A stretch of 64,000 bases of DNA from Myxococcales bacterium (GCA_020633435.1 JACKDP010000001.1:1353001-1417000), one strand, 5' to 3'; positions 37,701-47,506 are shown, counted from the first letter of the stretch. Numbers and translations: made by a program. Notes: generated by a model from the sequence alone, not told the origin.

Positions 37701-38735
37701 GGGCACCTCATCATCGACTGGCCGGTCGAGGTCCAGGTGGTCGTCGCCGACAACCTGGTCCCCGGCCAGCCGACGACCCTCGCCGCCCAGTTCCGACCGG
37801 CCCCCGGCGCGCGGATGCTGGCGGTCATGCCCTACTACTCCATCTACGTCCGCATGTTCCTGCAGCAGTTCCTGACCCGGTTCCTGGCGTGCCTGCCGTC
37901 GGGCATCTTCCCCCCCGGCAGCGCCATCGCCAACCTGCCCGTCCCCGGCGTCAACCCGTTCGGCCTGCCCGCGCGGAGCTGCCGGGCCGTCCAGGTGGGC
38001 CCGCGCAACGACCAGCTCTTCCAGCGGCTCTTCGCCTCCCTGCCCGAGCCGGCCCGGACCGGCACCCTCAGCGCCGACGGCCGCCGCCTGAGCGGGGGCC
38101 CCTGGACGCAGACCTACCTCAACGAGAGCATCCCCTGGGATGACTACCTGTCCTACGTCCTCCAGCGGACGGGCCTGCCGATCCCCATCATCTTCAACAT
38201 CCCCACGGCCGGCCCGCGCGCGGGCTTCAACGGCCCGGCGGTGCCCTCGTCGACCGTCGTCGGCAACCGCGCCTCCTTCGCCGTCGGCCCCGCCACCCTC
38301 AACGCGGCCTTCTGGGGGCTCGACCTCATCGGCGGCATCGGCCAGCGCTTCACCGTCGACGCCGACCTGCGCAACCTCAACGGGCACCTCGTCCTGGAGG
38401 ATGGCACCGCCATCGACTTCGCCCTCGGCACCGAGGTGGATCTCGTCCTCCCCCCCGGCGCCGACCGCAACGGCGACGGCCGCGTGGACGCCGAGCTGAC
38501 CGTCTCCATGGACGCGCAGGTCACCAACAACCGCGAGTGGCTCGTCACCATGGGCGCCCGCTGGATCGCCGCCTACGCCGTGCTGCAGCCCCTCCAGGCC
38601 GGCGCCCCGCCCGTCGAGGCGGGCCCCCTCGTCGACCTGCAGGGCTTCCTGGAGCAGCCGTTCCAGGCGCCGCTCAGCTTCCCGCTGCGCACGCAGCCCA
38701 TGCGCCTCAAGATCCCGCTGCAGCTCCAGCCCTGA
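28747..38735 (+). CDS. giant (~3,300-aa) secreted adhesin-like lipoprotein: ~55 x six-Cys 38-aa repeats + IPT/TIG + FG-GAP repeats + RTX-type Ca-binding repeats + cadherin-like domains; frame interrupted by 5 small indels (pseudogene or assembly errors)
   Basis: Start MRWWLVLVGVVLLSC (lipobox), RBS ggggagg. Repeat C-x-DG-x-x-NG-x-E-x-x-x-DCGG-x-C-x-x-C-x-x-G-x-x-C-x4-DC-x-SG-x-C-x-x-G-x-C. Later VGDLDGDGLADIVVGAP (FG-GAP), [35 protein letters not shown] (RTX-like), VTAEDDTGLRTSRDLVVDVTNVDEPP (cadherin-like). The ORF track shows the gene split into four frames: 28690.., 28911.., 30071.. and 32502... Confidence 0.7.
28800..34070. repeat. ~114-bp tandem coding repeats (six-Cys units, ~55 copies)
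   Basis: ...DCGG.C..C... recurs every ~38 aa across >5 kb. Confidence 0.85.
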
Positions 38736-38796
38736 CGCGCGCGCTGCCGACAATCCCGAGGATTATCGAAGACTTCCACCGCCACCGCGGCTGAGA

Positions 38797-39273
38797 TCAG
38801 CGCGACGGGCCGGCCAGCTCGATGCGCACGCGCGTCGCGTCGCGCAGGGCCTCGACGCCGCCGTCGAGCCGGCCGAGCCGGACCAGCCCGCTGGCGCTCG
38901 GGAAGTCCCGGTAGAAGATCGCCAGGTTGCCCCACGGGGCGTACCAGGTCAGGTCGCCGGCCGACGCGGCGTAGCGGTCCGGCGCGCCCTCGGTGTCGAG
39001 CCGCCTCGGCAGGTCCGCGATCTTCTCGGTCCGGGCATGGTCGGCCAGCCGCAGGTCGAGGGGGAGCAGGCGCGCGAAGTCGCGGCCCGCTGCGGTGTCG
39101 TCGAGGGTCGCGGTCAGCGTCTGGCCATCGACGATGAGGACGATGCGGGTCATGGCGGGCACCTCCAAAGGGTTCGTCGGCGACGGGGGCGCCGCCCAGG
39201 CAGCGCAGGGGCCGAGCAGCAACACGGCGACGAGCAGACCCCGCCGCCACCAGGTCGTGGCCATCACGCTCAC
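38797..39273 (-). CDS. secreted cyclophilin-like-fold protein (hypothetical)
   Basis: Signal peptide WRRGLLVAVLLLGPCAAWA. RIVLIVDGQTLTATLDDTAAGRDFARLLPL...WGNLAIFYRDF resembles the cyclophilin-like DUF family. Confidence 0.5.
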   Translation of the reverse strand: MSVMATTWWRRGLLVAVLLLGPCAAWAAPPSPTNPLEVPAMTRIVLIVDGQTLTATLDDTAAGRDFARLLPLDLRLADHARTEKIADLPRRLDTEGAPDRYAASAGDLTWYAPWGNLAIFYRDFPSASGLVRLGRLDGGVEALRDATRVRIELAGPSR

Positions 39274-39289
39274 CTCCAGCCGGTCGGCT

Positions 39290-40447
39290 TCAGAACGTCG
39301 ACGCGTCGATCACGTAGCGGTACCGGGCCTCCTTCTGCTGCACCTTGACCCAGGCGTCGCTCACCTCGGCGGCCGAGATCACCTGGACCTGGGGCCGGAT
39401 GCGGTTGTCGGCGCAGAAGTGGACGACCTCCTGGGTCTCGCGCATCCCGCCGATCAGCGAGGCCTCGAGCTTCACCCGCGAGACCGACAGGGCGAGCAGG
39501 TTGAGGTCCACCGAGAAGCGATCGGGCATGCCCACCTGGGTGAACGTGCCCCGCGGCTTGACGAGCGCCGCGTAGGCGCCGACGTCGTACTTGAACGGGA
39601 TGGTGGAGATCATCCAGTCGAGCTGGCCGCGGTGGGCGGCGAGGCTGGCCGGGCCCTCCACGACCACGGGCTCGGCGCCCCACCCCCGGATGTCCGCCGC
39701 CTTGCTCGGGGAGGTGGTGAAGGCGAAGACCCGGGCGCCCTTCGCGACGGCCAGCTTCACGGCCAGGTGGCCCAGCCCGCCGATGCCCGCGACGCCCACC
39801 TTGTCGCCCACCTCGAAGCCCGCCTGCATGATGGGCGAGTACGTCGTGATGCCCGCGCAGAGCAGCGGCGCCGCCTCGGCCAGGGGGATGTGGGCCGGGA
39901 TGTGGACGGCGAAGTGGTCGCGGACGACGATCTGCGTCGAGTAGCCGCCCTGGGTGATGCCGGTGGGCTCGCGGGCATCGGGGTAGCCGTAGGTGAAGAG
40001 CGTCTGGCCCTTCTCGCAGTAATGCTCCTCGCCGTGGGTGCAGCGCTCGCAGGTCAGGCAGCTGCCGACCATGCAGCCCACGCCGGCGCGATCGCCCACC
40101 TTGAACTGCGTCACCTTGCGCCCGACCGCGCTGACGATGCCCACGATCTCGTGGCCGGGGACCTGCGGGTACCTCTGCGGCCCCCAGTCGCCCTTCTCCT
40201 GGTGGATGTCGGAGTGGCAGATGCTGGCGTACTGGATGTCGATGACGATGTCCTCGTCGCCCATCGGCCGCCGCTCGAACTCGAAGGGCTGCAAGCGGCC
40301 CGAGGGGTCGACGGCCGCGAGGCCGCGGACGAGGCGGGCCCGCGGGCGGGCGAGGGCCCCGGCCGGGGTGGCGAGCAGCACCGCGGCGCCCAGCGCGGCG
40401 GAGCCTTCGATGAAGCGTCGGCGGGTGAGCGGCTCTCTCGGGTCCAT
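39290..40447 (-). CDS. Zn-dependent alcohol dehydrogenase (cinnamyl-alcohol-DH-like, NADP) with a Tat signal peptide
   Basis: Twin-arginine motif TRRRFIEGSAALGAAVLLATPAGALA. CHSDIHQ and GHEIVGIVSAVG (catalytic Zn), and CxxCxxC in CLTCERCTHGEEHYC (structural Zn). GGLGHLAVKLA (NAD(P) binding). Confidence 0.8.
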   Translation of the reverse strand: MDPREPLTRRRFIEGSAALGAAVLLATPAGALARPRARLVRGLAAVDPSGRLQPFEFERRPMGDEDIVIDIQYASICHSDIHQEKGDWGPQRYPQVPGHEIVGIVSAVGRKVTQFKVGDRAGVGCMVGSCLTCERCTHGEEHYCEKGQTLFTYGYPDAREPTGITQGGYSTQIVVRDHFAVHIPAHIPLAEAAPLLCAGITTYSPIMQAGFEVGDKVGVAGIGGLGHLAVKLAVAKGARVFAFTTSPSKAADIRGWGAEPVVVEGPASLAAHRGQLDWMISTIPFKYDVGAYAALVKPRGTFTQVGMPDRFSVDLNLLALSVSRVKLEASLIGGMRETQEVVHFCADNRIRPQVQVISAAEVSDAWVKVQQKEARYRYVIDASTF

Positions 40448-40627
40448 GGCGGCCTCCTTCCTGGCGCCCCGCGGTGCGGGGCCGCGTCCTGGTTGCAGGC
40501 TAGGGGCCCGGCCCCCGGGGCTCTATGGGAGGTCCTGCCGAAGATCTGCCTGATCCTGCCGACCGCGGCAGGACCCGACGCGGGGCACCCCCAGAAGGCT
40601 TGCGTTCCCGGAACGCGATGAGGCGAA

Positions 40628-41596
40628 ATGTTGCATATGATGGAACCCTCCGACCTCACCGCCCTTGCCACCCTCGACGCCCTCCTCCAGGAGGTCAGCG
40701 TGACGCGGGCGGCCCGACGCCTGGGCCTCTCCACCCCGGCCGTCAGCCACGCCCTCGCCCGCCTGCGCGAGCGCCTGGCCGATCCCCTGCTCGTGCGCGC
40801 CGGCCGCGGCATGGTGCTCACGCCGCGCGCCACCGCCCTGCGCCCCGTCGTGCGCGACGCCATGGCGGCGGCCGGCCGCGTCTTCGCCGACGAGGGCGAG
40901 TTCTCCCCGGCCCGCCTCAGGGGCTCGCTCACCATCAGCGTCACCGACTACGTGCTGCTGGTCTTCGGCGTCGCCTTCGACGAGGCCGTGCGCGCCGGCG
41001 CCCCGGGCCTCGACCTGCGCTTCGTGCCCAACGCCGCCGACGACGCCGAGCGCCTCCGCGCCGGCGAGACGGACCTGGCCATCGGCATCTACGGCGACCT
41101 GCCCCCCGAGCTGCGCACGCGGCCCGTCATCAGCGACCGCCTCGTCTGCGTCCTGCGTGCCGATCACCCCACCGTGAAGCGCCGCCTGACCCTCGAGCGC
41201 TACACCCGCCTGGAGCACATCCAGGTCGCGCCGCGGGGCCGCCCCGGCGGCTACGTCGACGAGGTGCTCGCCGCGCAGGGCCTGCGCCGCCGCGTCGCCC
41301 GCGCCGTGCCCTACTTCCAGGCCGCCCTCGAGCTGGCCGCCCACTCCGACCGGGTCCTCACCATCTCCGAGCGCATCGCCCGCCTCCACGCCCCGCGCCT
41401 CGGCCTCGCCCTCTTCGAGCCCCCGGTGCCCCTCGAGCCCTTCGCCCTCTCCATGGTCTGGCACCCCCGCTTCGATGGCGACGCCGGCCACCGCTGGCTG
41501 CGCGAGCGCCTGGTGGCCGTCACCACCGCCATGGACGCCCTGGCCCACCCGACGCCGCGACGCCGCCTGAGCCCCGGCGATCCGACCGCGCGATAG
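40628..41596 (+). CDS. LysR-family transcriptional regulator
   Basis: HTH: LTALATLDALLQEVSVTRAARRLGLSTPAVSHALARLRERL. Divergent from the ADH gene. Confidence 0.8.
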   Translation: MLHMMEPSDLTALATLDALLQEVSVTRAARRLGLSTPAVSHALARLRERLADPLLVRAGRGMVLTPRATALRPVVRDAMAAAGRVFADEGEFSPARLRGSLTISVTDYVLLVFGVAFDEAVRAGAPGLDLRFVPNAADDAERLRAGETDLAIGIYGDLPPELRTRPVISDRLVCVLRADHPTVKRRLTLERYTRLEHIQVAPRGRPGGYVDEVLAAQGLRRRVARAVPYFQAALELAAHSDRVLTISERIARLHAPRLGLALFEPPVPLEPFALSMVWHPRFDGDAGHRWLRERLVAVTTAMDALAHPTPRRRLSPGDPTAR

Positions 41597-41710
41597 TTGC
41601 CCCCTCTGCAAGGACTCCTTCACTGATGTTCCGTTGTCGCAGGTATCGCCGGTGACGACAGTGAGGGCGCCGACGCAGCCCGCGCGGCGATCACTGCAGG
41701 AGCCCGGTGC

Positions 41711-42439
41711 ATGACCACGCAGCCCGCCTCGAAGAAGATCCTCCTCATCGCCGCCAACCCGGCCGTCTCCACCGTCACCGGCTGGCCGGTCGGCTTCTGG
41801 TGGGCCGAGCTCACCCACCCCTGGTGGGCCTTCACCGAGGCCGGCTACGCCGTCGAGATCCGCAGCCCCGCGGGCGGCGCCCTGGTGGCCGACGGCTTCA
41901 GCGACCCCGAGGACGCCAGCGGCTACTCGGCCCATGACCTCCTCAGCCTGGGCTTCAAGAAGTCCCCCACGCACCAGGCCCTCCTCGCCGACACCGCCAG
42001 CATCGAGGGCGTCGACCCCGCCGACTACGACGCCGTCTTCGTCGTGGGAGGCCAGTCGCCCATGTTCACCTTCCGCGGCGACGAGCGCCTGCAGCGCCTG
42101 GTGGTGGCCTTCCATGAGGCCGGCAAGGTCACCGGCCTGGTCTGCCACGCCACCTGCCTGCTGCTCGAGGCCCGGACGCCGAGCGGCGCCCTGCTCGTCC
42201 AGGGCAAGACGTGGACGGGCTTCGCCAACGCCGAGGAGCGGTTCGCCGACGCCTACGTCGGCCAGCGCATCCAGCCCTTCTGGATCGAGGACGAGGCGCG
42301 CAAGCTGCCCGAGACGCACTTCGTCGTCGAGCAGCTCTTCCGGCCGTTCGCCGTGCGCGACGGCCTGCTGGTGACGGGCCAGCAGCAGTACTCGGGCGCC
42401 GCGGCCGCGCGGCTGGTCATCGAAGCCCTCGGGCGCTGA
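41711..42439 (+). CDS. DJ-1/PfpI (class I glutamine amidotransferase-like) family protein
   Basis: KKILLIAANP..., and a nucleophile elbow with Cys in LVCHATCLL. Confidence 0.75.
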   Translation: MTTQPASKKILLIAANPAVSTVTGWPVGFWWAELTHPWWAFTEAGYAVEIRSPAGGALVADGFSDPEDASGYSAHDLLSLGFKKSPTHQALLADTASIEGVDPADYDAVFVVGGQSPMFTFRGDERLQRLVVAFHEAGKVTGLVCHATCLLLEARTPSGALLVQGKTWTGFANAEERFADAYVGQRIQPFWIEDEARKLPETHFVVEQLFRPFAVRDGLLVTGQQQYSGAAAARLVIEALGR

Positions 42440-42448
42440 GAGGTCCCC

Positions 42449-43081
42449 ATGCAGATCGCGTTCATCGGCGCCGGCAACGTCGGCGCCCCCCTGGCCGCCC
42501 ACCTGGCCGAGGCGGGCCACGCCGTCACCCTCGCCGAGAGCCGCGCCGCCAGCGACACCGTCGCCCGGGCCCTCGGCCGCTCCCCCCGCTTGCGGGCGCT
42601 GCCGCTCGCCGAGGCGGTGGAGGCCGCCGACGTCGTCGTCCTCGCTACCCCGTTCTCGACCCTCGCCACCCTGCTGCCCCCGCTGGCCGACCGCCTCGCG
42701 GGCAAGGTCGTCGTCGACTGCACCAACCCCGTCGGCCCCGGCCTGCGCCATGGCCTGCACAGCGAGCGGTCGGGCAGCGCGTTCGTCCAGGACCTCCTGC
42801 CCGCCGCCCGCGTCGTCAAGGCGTTCAGCATCTATGGCTTTGAAAACCTTGAGGATTCGACGTGGGCCGGCGCCCCGCCGGCCATGCTCTTCTGCGGGGA
42901 CGACGCCCCCGCGAAGGCGGCCACCGCCGACCTCATCCGGGCGTGCGGCTTCGAGCCGGTGGACGTCGGCGGCCTCGCCCAGGCCCTGCACCTGGAGCAC
43001 ATGACGCTGCTCTGGATCCGCATGGTCCGGGCGGGGGGCCACTCCCCCCACCTGGCCTGGGCCGTCCTCCGCGCGGCGTAG
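42449..43081 (+). CDS. NADP-dependent oxidoreductase, F420-dependent-NADP-reductase / ProC-like Rossmann family
   Basis: MQIAFIGAGNVGAPLAAHLAEAGH (GxGxxG dinucleotide fold); ~210 aa. Confidence 0.65.
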   Translation: MQIAFIGAGNVGAPLAAHLAEAGHAVTLAESRAASDTVARALGRSPRLRALPLAEAVEAADVVVLATPFSTLATLLPPLADRLAGKVVVDCTNPVGPGLRHGLHSERSGSAFVQDLLPAARVVKAFSIYGFENLEDSTWAGAPPAMLFCGDDAPAKAATADLIRACGFEPVDVGGLAQALHLEHMTLLWIRMVRAGGHSPHLAWAVLRAA

Positions 43082-43184
43082 CGCCCCGCCCGCGCCCGCG
43101 CTGGAATCGGCCTCGGCGGCGCGACCTTTCCTCGCTCCCGGGAAACCGTGTAGACCCCGGGTTCACCTGGTCGAGAGGAGCGAG

Positions 43185-43853
43185 ATGAAGGCGGTCTTGT
43201 GCATGGGGCTCGCGGCGCTGGCGGCGGGCTGTGATCCAGCGAAGGAGGCGCCCCCCGCGGCGGCGCCGAAGAGCGCGGCGGCGCCCGCGAGCGCGGCCCC
43301 GGCGGAGAAGGGCGGCGCCATCATGAGCGAGATCGTCTTCGATCCCGCCAACCCGCCGCCCGGCTACCGCAACTGCCATCGCAACCACTGCCACCACGAG
43401 AGCGGCGCCGTGGCGTCCTACGCCCAGGTGATGCAGGAGATGGGGGCCACCCGCATCGTCGGGGCCGAGGCGCCGCCGAAGCTGCCCGACCCGCCGCCCG
43501 ACGTGGCCGCCCCGCCCGCGGACGCCGAGCGCACCTCCACGGGCCTGGCCTCCAAGGTCCTCACCCCCGGCAAGGGCGACCGCAAGCCCACGGCCACCAG
43601 CGTGGTGACGGTGCACTACTCGGGCTGGACGACGGACGGCAAGGGCTTCGACAGCTCGGTGGCCCGCGGCCAGCCGGCCCGCTTCCCCCTCAACCGCGTC
43701 ATCCGCGGCTGGACGGAGGGCCTGCAGCTTATGGTCGAGGGCGAGGAGCGCCGCTTCTGGATCCCCGTCGATCTCGCCTACCAGGGCCGCCCGGGCAAGC
43801 CGGCGGGCATGCTGGTCTTCGACATCGAGCTGCTGAGCATCTCGAACCCCTGA
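43185..43853 (+). CDS. FKBP-type peptidyl-prolyl cis-trans isomerase, lipoprotein
   Basis: Lipobox LAAGC. FKBP domain VTVHYSGWTTDGKGFDSS...RVIRGWTEGLQLMVEGEERRFWIPVDLAYQ...LVFDIELLSI. Confidence 0.8.
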   Translation: MKAVLCMGLAALAAGCDPAKEAPPAAAPKSAAAPASAAPAEKGGAIMSEIVFDPANPPPGYRNCHRNHCHHESGAVASYAQVMQEMGATRIVGAEAPPKLPDPPPDVAAPPADAERTSTGLASKVLTPGKGDRKPTATSVVTVHYSGWTTDGKGFDSSVARGQPARFPLNRVIRGWTEGLQLMVEGEERRFWIPVDLAYQGRPGKPAGMLVFDIELLSISNP

Positions 43854-43872
43854 TCCCCCGAACGCGGGCCGC

Positions 43873-45246
43873 TCAGGCGAGCCGGCCCACCCGCCGCAGG
43901 CCCGGGGCGCTCATGAGCAGGAGCGCCAGCGCCGGCAGCAGCAGCCCCAGGACGCCCAGCCCCACCCGCGCCGCCTGGTCCCCCAGCGGCTCGGGCACGA
44001 AGGCGAACGTCGGCAGGCCATCCAGATCAGCGGGGGTCAGCCGCTGGCCCGCCCGCGCCCGCTCGGCGAAGAACGCCCGCCACTGGCCGTGGAAGGCGTC
44101 CACCTGGCCGTCGAAGCGCCGGGCGGCGTCGCCCCCCGTGCCCGCCAGATCCACCACGGCCTCGTTGAGCACGAGCGCGGGCGAGAGGAAGCGCAGGCGG
44201 TTGACCAGCCGCTGCTGCTGGGCGAGCTGGTCGCGGAAGCGCGCCACGACGGGCTGGATGCGGGCGTCGAGGGCCTCCTGCACCGCCAGCAGGCGCAGGC
44301 CCGCGGGGGCGGCGGCCCCGTGGTCGCCCTGCAGCGCCGTGAGCTCCTCCTCGATCTCGCTGGCCGCGTCCCGCACCAGGTTCGCCAGCTCGACGCGCGA
44401 AGGCGGCGGGTAGGCGACCTCGACGGCCATCCGCACGAGCCCCGGCACGGCCACCACCAGCACCAGCCACACGCCGACGAGGGCGAGGGCGTTGCCGGCC
44501 GCCGTCCGCCCGCGGGCGTTGACGGCGACGGCGGCCGCGAACCAGAAGAGGGCGTAGGCCAGCAGGGCGCCCAGGTAGAGCGCCGTGTGGGCCAGGCCCC
44601 CGGGCGTCGCCAGGCCATCGGCCGAGAGCGCCAGCGCCGCGGCGGCGAGGCCGAGCGTCACCCCCACCACCACCGCCGCCCGCAGGCACGCCTTGCCCAG
44701 GACGAACGTCCGCAGGGACACCGGCTGGGCCAGCACGAGCGCCAGGGTGCCGCGCTCCCGCTCCCCCGCCAGCAGGTCATAGGTGAGCCCGATGATGAGG
44801 AGGGGCAGCAGGTACACGAAGACGAAGGCCAGATCGAAGGCCCCGGTGGCCTGGACCGTGGGGCCGGCGATGGCCGCCTCCGCGCCTCGCGCGCTCAGCC
44901 GGCTGTCGGTCGTCACCCGGGCGGAGTCCGCGTCCCCCTGGCCCCGGGCGAGGGCCGCCAGCGGGGCCGGGGGCAGCACGGCCAGGTGGGCGATGAGGCG
45001 GCCCGCAATGACGGGATCCCCCGGATCGTCTCGCCCGATGCCCGCCACCAGCCGGGCGCGCACCTCGGCCAGCCGCCGCTCCTCGGCCTCCACGGCCCCC
45101 TCGACGGTCGCCTGGCGCGCGCGCGCCGACGCCGCCCCGCTCCACGCTGCCCCCGCCACCAGCGCGGCCAGCAAGGCCAGCAGCCCCCAAAGGGCCCGCT
45201 CCGCCCGCAGGTTGCGGGCCTCCACGCGCACCACCGTCCAGAACAT
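43873..45246 (-). CDS. ABC-2-type transporter permease (DUF3526-like)
   Basis: Start MFWTVVRVEARNL; multiple TM helices in the central and C-terminal portions. The Arg-rich N-terminal extension of the 744-aa ORF was rejected. Confidence 0.6.
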   Translation of the reverse strand: MFWTVVRVEARNLRAERALWGLLALLAALVAGAAWSGAASARARQATVEGAVEAEERRLAEVRARLVAGIGRDDPGDPVIAGRLIAHLAVLPPAPLAALARGQGDADSARVTTDSRLSARGAEAAIAGPTVQATGAFDLAFVFVYLLPLLIIGLTYDLLAGERERGTLALVLAQPVSLRTFVLGKACLRAAVVVGVTLGLAAAALALSADGLATPGGLAHTALYLGALLAYALFWFAAAVAVNARGRTAAGNALALVGVWLVLVVAVPGLVRMAVEVAYPPPSRVELANLVRDAASEIEEELTALQGDHGAAAPAGLRLLAVQEALDARIQPVVARFRDQLAQQQRLVNRLRFLSPALVLNEAVVDLAGTGGDAARRFDGQVDAFHGQWRAFFAERARAGQRLTPADLDGLPTFAFVPEPLGDQAARVGLGVLGLLLPALALLLMSAPGLRRVGRLA

Positions 45247-45275
45247 CACCCCTCGCTGCCTCTGGGATTCATTCA

Positions 45276-46700
45276 TCAAAACAACGGGATACGCCGCAGC
45301 GACCGCCAGGCCGCGGCCCACGCCAGGGCCAGCCAGCCCACCAGCACCGCCAGGGCCACGCCCAGGTGGTCGAGGGCCCAGCCCAGGCCCGGGGCCACGT
45401 AGGCGAACACCGGCGCGCGCTCCCACAGCGCCCGGCCGGCCTGGTAGCGCCAGACGTCGTCGCCGGCGTTGCGAGCGAGGTCGTCGTTGAGCGCCTGCAC
45501 CAGCGCCCGGCGGTAGGCCTCCGCCTGCACCTGGAAGGCCCGGTGGTGGGCGTGATCGGTGCCCGCCAGCCCCGACGACACCGCCCGGATGGCCAGGAAC
45601 GGCGAGGCCACCGCCGCCCACTGCGCCACCCGCTCCTGGCGCGCCAGCGCAGTGGCCAGCCCCGCCACATGGTGGTCGAGCACCTCGTCCTCGAAGGCCG
45701 CCTCCGCTTGCAGCTCGATGCCCTGCAGCATGGCCTCGTCCATGAAGGCCTCGGCCCCCTCGAACCCATGCCGCTTCAGCAGGGCCGCCGACAGGGCGCT
45801 GACGCGCTCCTCCCGTGGCGCGCCGCCGGGCAGGCCGTTCTCCATGCTGTGGCGGACGGCCGCCGCGAACTCCGCCGGCGCCGGCAGGGACACCACCCGC
45901 GCGGCCACGTCGCTCGCCACCCGCGGCACGACGAGCGACGTCACGCTCCAGAAGCCCACCAGCACGACGAGGGCGTGCCGCGACGACGGCGCCCGGGCCG
46001 ACACGAAGAACACCAGCCCGGCCATCGCCCCGAAGTACAGCCCATAGGCGCCGACCATGAGCGCCAGCCGGCCGAGCCAGCCCGGATCGGCGCCGCCCCC
46101 GAGCCACGCCGCCATCGCCACCGCCACCGCCACGGCGGGCAGCAGCACCCCGGCCAGGGCCCCGGCGAGGCCCAGCGCCTTGCCCAGCAGCAGGTGCCTC
46201 ATCGACACGCCGGTGCTCGCGAGCTGGCGCAGGGTCCCGCGCTCCCGCTCACCCGTCCACGCGGCGAAGCCGAGGGCGATGAGCAGCAGGGGCACGAAGA
46301 GCTGCAGCACGCTGGCGGCCGAGAGCTGGCCGAACCGGTGGATGGCGGTGGCGTCCTGGGCCGGCGCGTCGTGGGCGAGGTTCTGCTTGTGGGCCTCGAG
46401 CTTGAGCGTCACGCCCAGGAACGGATCGACGCCCGGATCCAGAAAAGCCAGTGTTCCCAATGGCTTGAAGACGTACTTCCCGTAGTGGGCCGCCACATGG
46501 GGGTTCTTGTCCCCCTGGCCCTGCCAGCTCTCCTCGGCCGCCTGCTGGGCCGCCGATCGCTCCTCGGCCACGCTGGCGGCCAGGCGCCAGCCGAAGCCCA
46601 GGGTGGTCACCAGCAGCACCAGCACGACGGCGCCGGCCAGGCGGAACCGGCCGTCGCGCGCCAGCTCGCGCAGCTCCTTCGTGGCAATGAGGCGGATCAT
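45276..46700 (-). CDS. ABC-2-type transporter permease (paralogous partner)
   Basis: MIRLIATKELRELARDGRFRLAGAVVLVLLV... with TM helices. Sits directly downstream of the ATPase gene. Confidence 0.65.
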   Translation of the reverse strand: MIRLIATKELRELARDGRFRLAGAVVLVLLVTTLGFGWRLAASVAEERSAAQQAAEESWQGQGDKNPHVAAHYGKYVFKPLGTLAFLDPGVDPFLGVTLKLEAHKQNLAHDAPAQDATAIHRFGQLSAASVLQLFVPLLLIALGFAAWTGERERGTLRQLASTGVSMRHLLLGKALGLAGALAGVLLPAVAVAVAMAAWLGGGADPGWLGRLALMVGAYGLYFGAMAGLVFFVSARAPSSRHALVVLVGFWSVTSLVVPRVASDVAARVVSLPAPAEFAAAVRHSMENGLPGGAPREERVSALSAALLKRHGFEGAEAFMDEAMLQGIELQAEAAFEDEVLDHHVAGLATALARQERVAQWAAVASPFLAIRAVSSGLAGTDHAHHRAFQVQAEAYRRALVQALNDDLARNAGDDVWRYQAGRALWERAPVFAYVAPGLGWALDHLGVALAVLVGWLALAWAAAWRSLRRIPLF

Positions 46701-46707
46701 CGCGCCC

Positions 46708-47487
46708 TCAGTCGTGCATGTGCTCGAGGTAGATGCGCTCGAGGTCGGCGTGGGACAGCTCGTCGGTGGCCAGGCTGGCCACCAGGCGGCCGTGCTTCAT
46801 GATGCCCACCCGCGTCCCCACCTCCTTGGCGCGGAACAGGTCGTGGGTCGCCATCAGGATGGCCACGCCGCGGTCGCGCAGCGTCACCAGCAGCCGCGAG
46901 AACTCGTTGGATCCCTTGGGATCCAGCCCGGACGTCGGCTCGTCCAGCAGGAGCGCCGAGGCCCCCTTGGCGATGGCCATGGCCACCCCCACCTTCTGGC
47001 GCATGCCCTTGGAGTAGGTGCGGACCGGGCGGTCGATGGCCTCGGCCTGCAGGCCCGCCTCGGCGAGCACGGCCCGCAGCGCCGCGCGATCCACGCGGCC
47101 CTTCCCGGCGAGCTGGTTGAAGAACTCCAGGTTCTCCAGGCCGCTGAGGCCCGGGTAGAGCATGACGTTCTCGGGGATGTAGGCGATGTGGCGCTTCGTC
47201 TCGAGGCCATGCTGCGCGACGTCGAGGCCCTGGATGCGCACCGTGCCGCCCGTGGGCTCGATGAAGCCCAGGAAGAGCTGGATGGTGGTGGTCTTGCCGG
47301 CGCCGTTGGCGCCCAGCAGGCAGAAGACCTCCCCGGCTTCGATCACCAGATCCAGGCCATGCAACGCCACGAACCCGTCGTACGCCTTGCGCAGCCCCAC
47401 CGCTTCGAGCACCGCCACGATCCTTCGCCCTCCACCCGGCGCCGCGCCGGCCGCGCGAAGGTACGTGGGCGGGCGCGGCGGGGGCAA
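46708..47487 (-). CDS. ABC transporter ATP-binding protein
   Basis: Walker A GANGAGKTT, signature LSGLDPKGSNEF (degenerate LSGGQ), Walker B LLLDEPTSGLD, H-loop ATHDL. The true start may be a few codons downstream of 47487. Confidence 0.8.
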   Translation of the reverse strand: MPPPRPPTYLRAAGAAPGGGRRIVAVLEAVGLRKAYDGFVALHGLDLVIEAGEVFCLLGANGAGKTTTIQLFLGFIEPTGGTVRIQGLDVAQHGLETKRHIAYIPENVMLYPGLSGLENLEFFNQLAGKGRVDRAALRAVLAEAGLQAEAIDRPVRTYSKGMRQKVGVAMAIAKGASALLLDEPTSGLDPKGSNEFSRLLVTLRDRGVAILMATHDLFRAKEVGTRVGIMKHGRLVASLATDELSHADLERIYLEHMHD

Positions 47488-47506
47488 GCCGGCCCCCGCG
47501 CAGCGG

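Noticed and set aside
28747-38735. Calling the giant gene definitively a pseudogene
   Set aside because: All five indels sit in G/C homopolymers and the repeat consensus is perfectly preserved around them. Sequencing or assembly error is at least as likely as real inactivation. It is left as CDS with a flag.
43873-46107. 744-aa ORF as a single permease
   Set aside because: The N-terminal 290 aa are Arg/Gly-rich. The true permease starts at ATG 45246, and the upstream region belongs to a second permease gene (45276..46700) in another frame.
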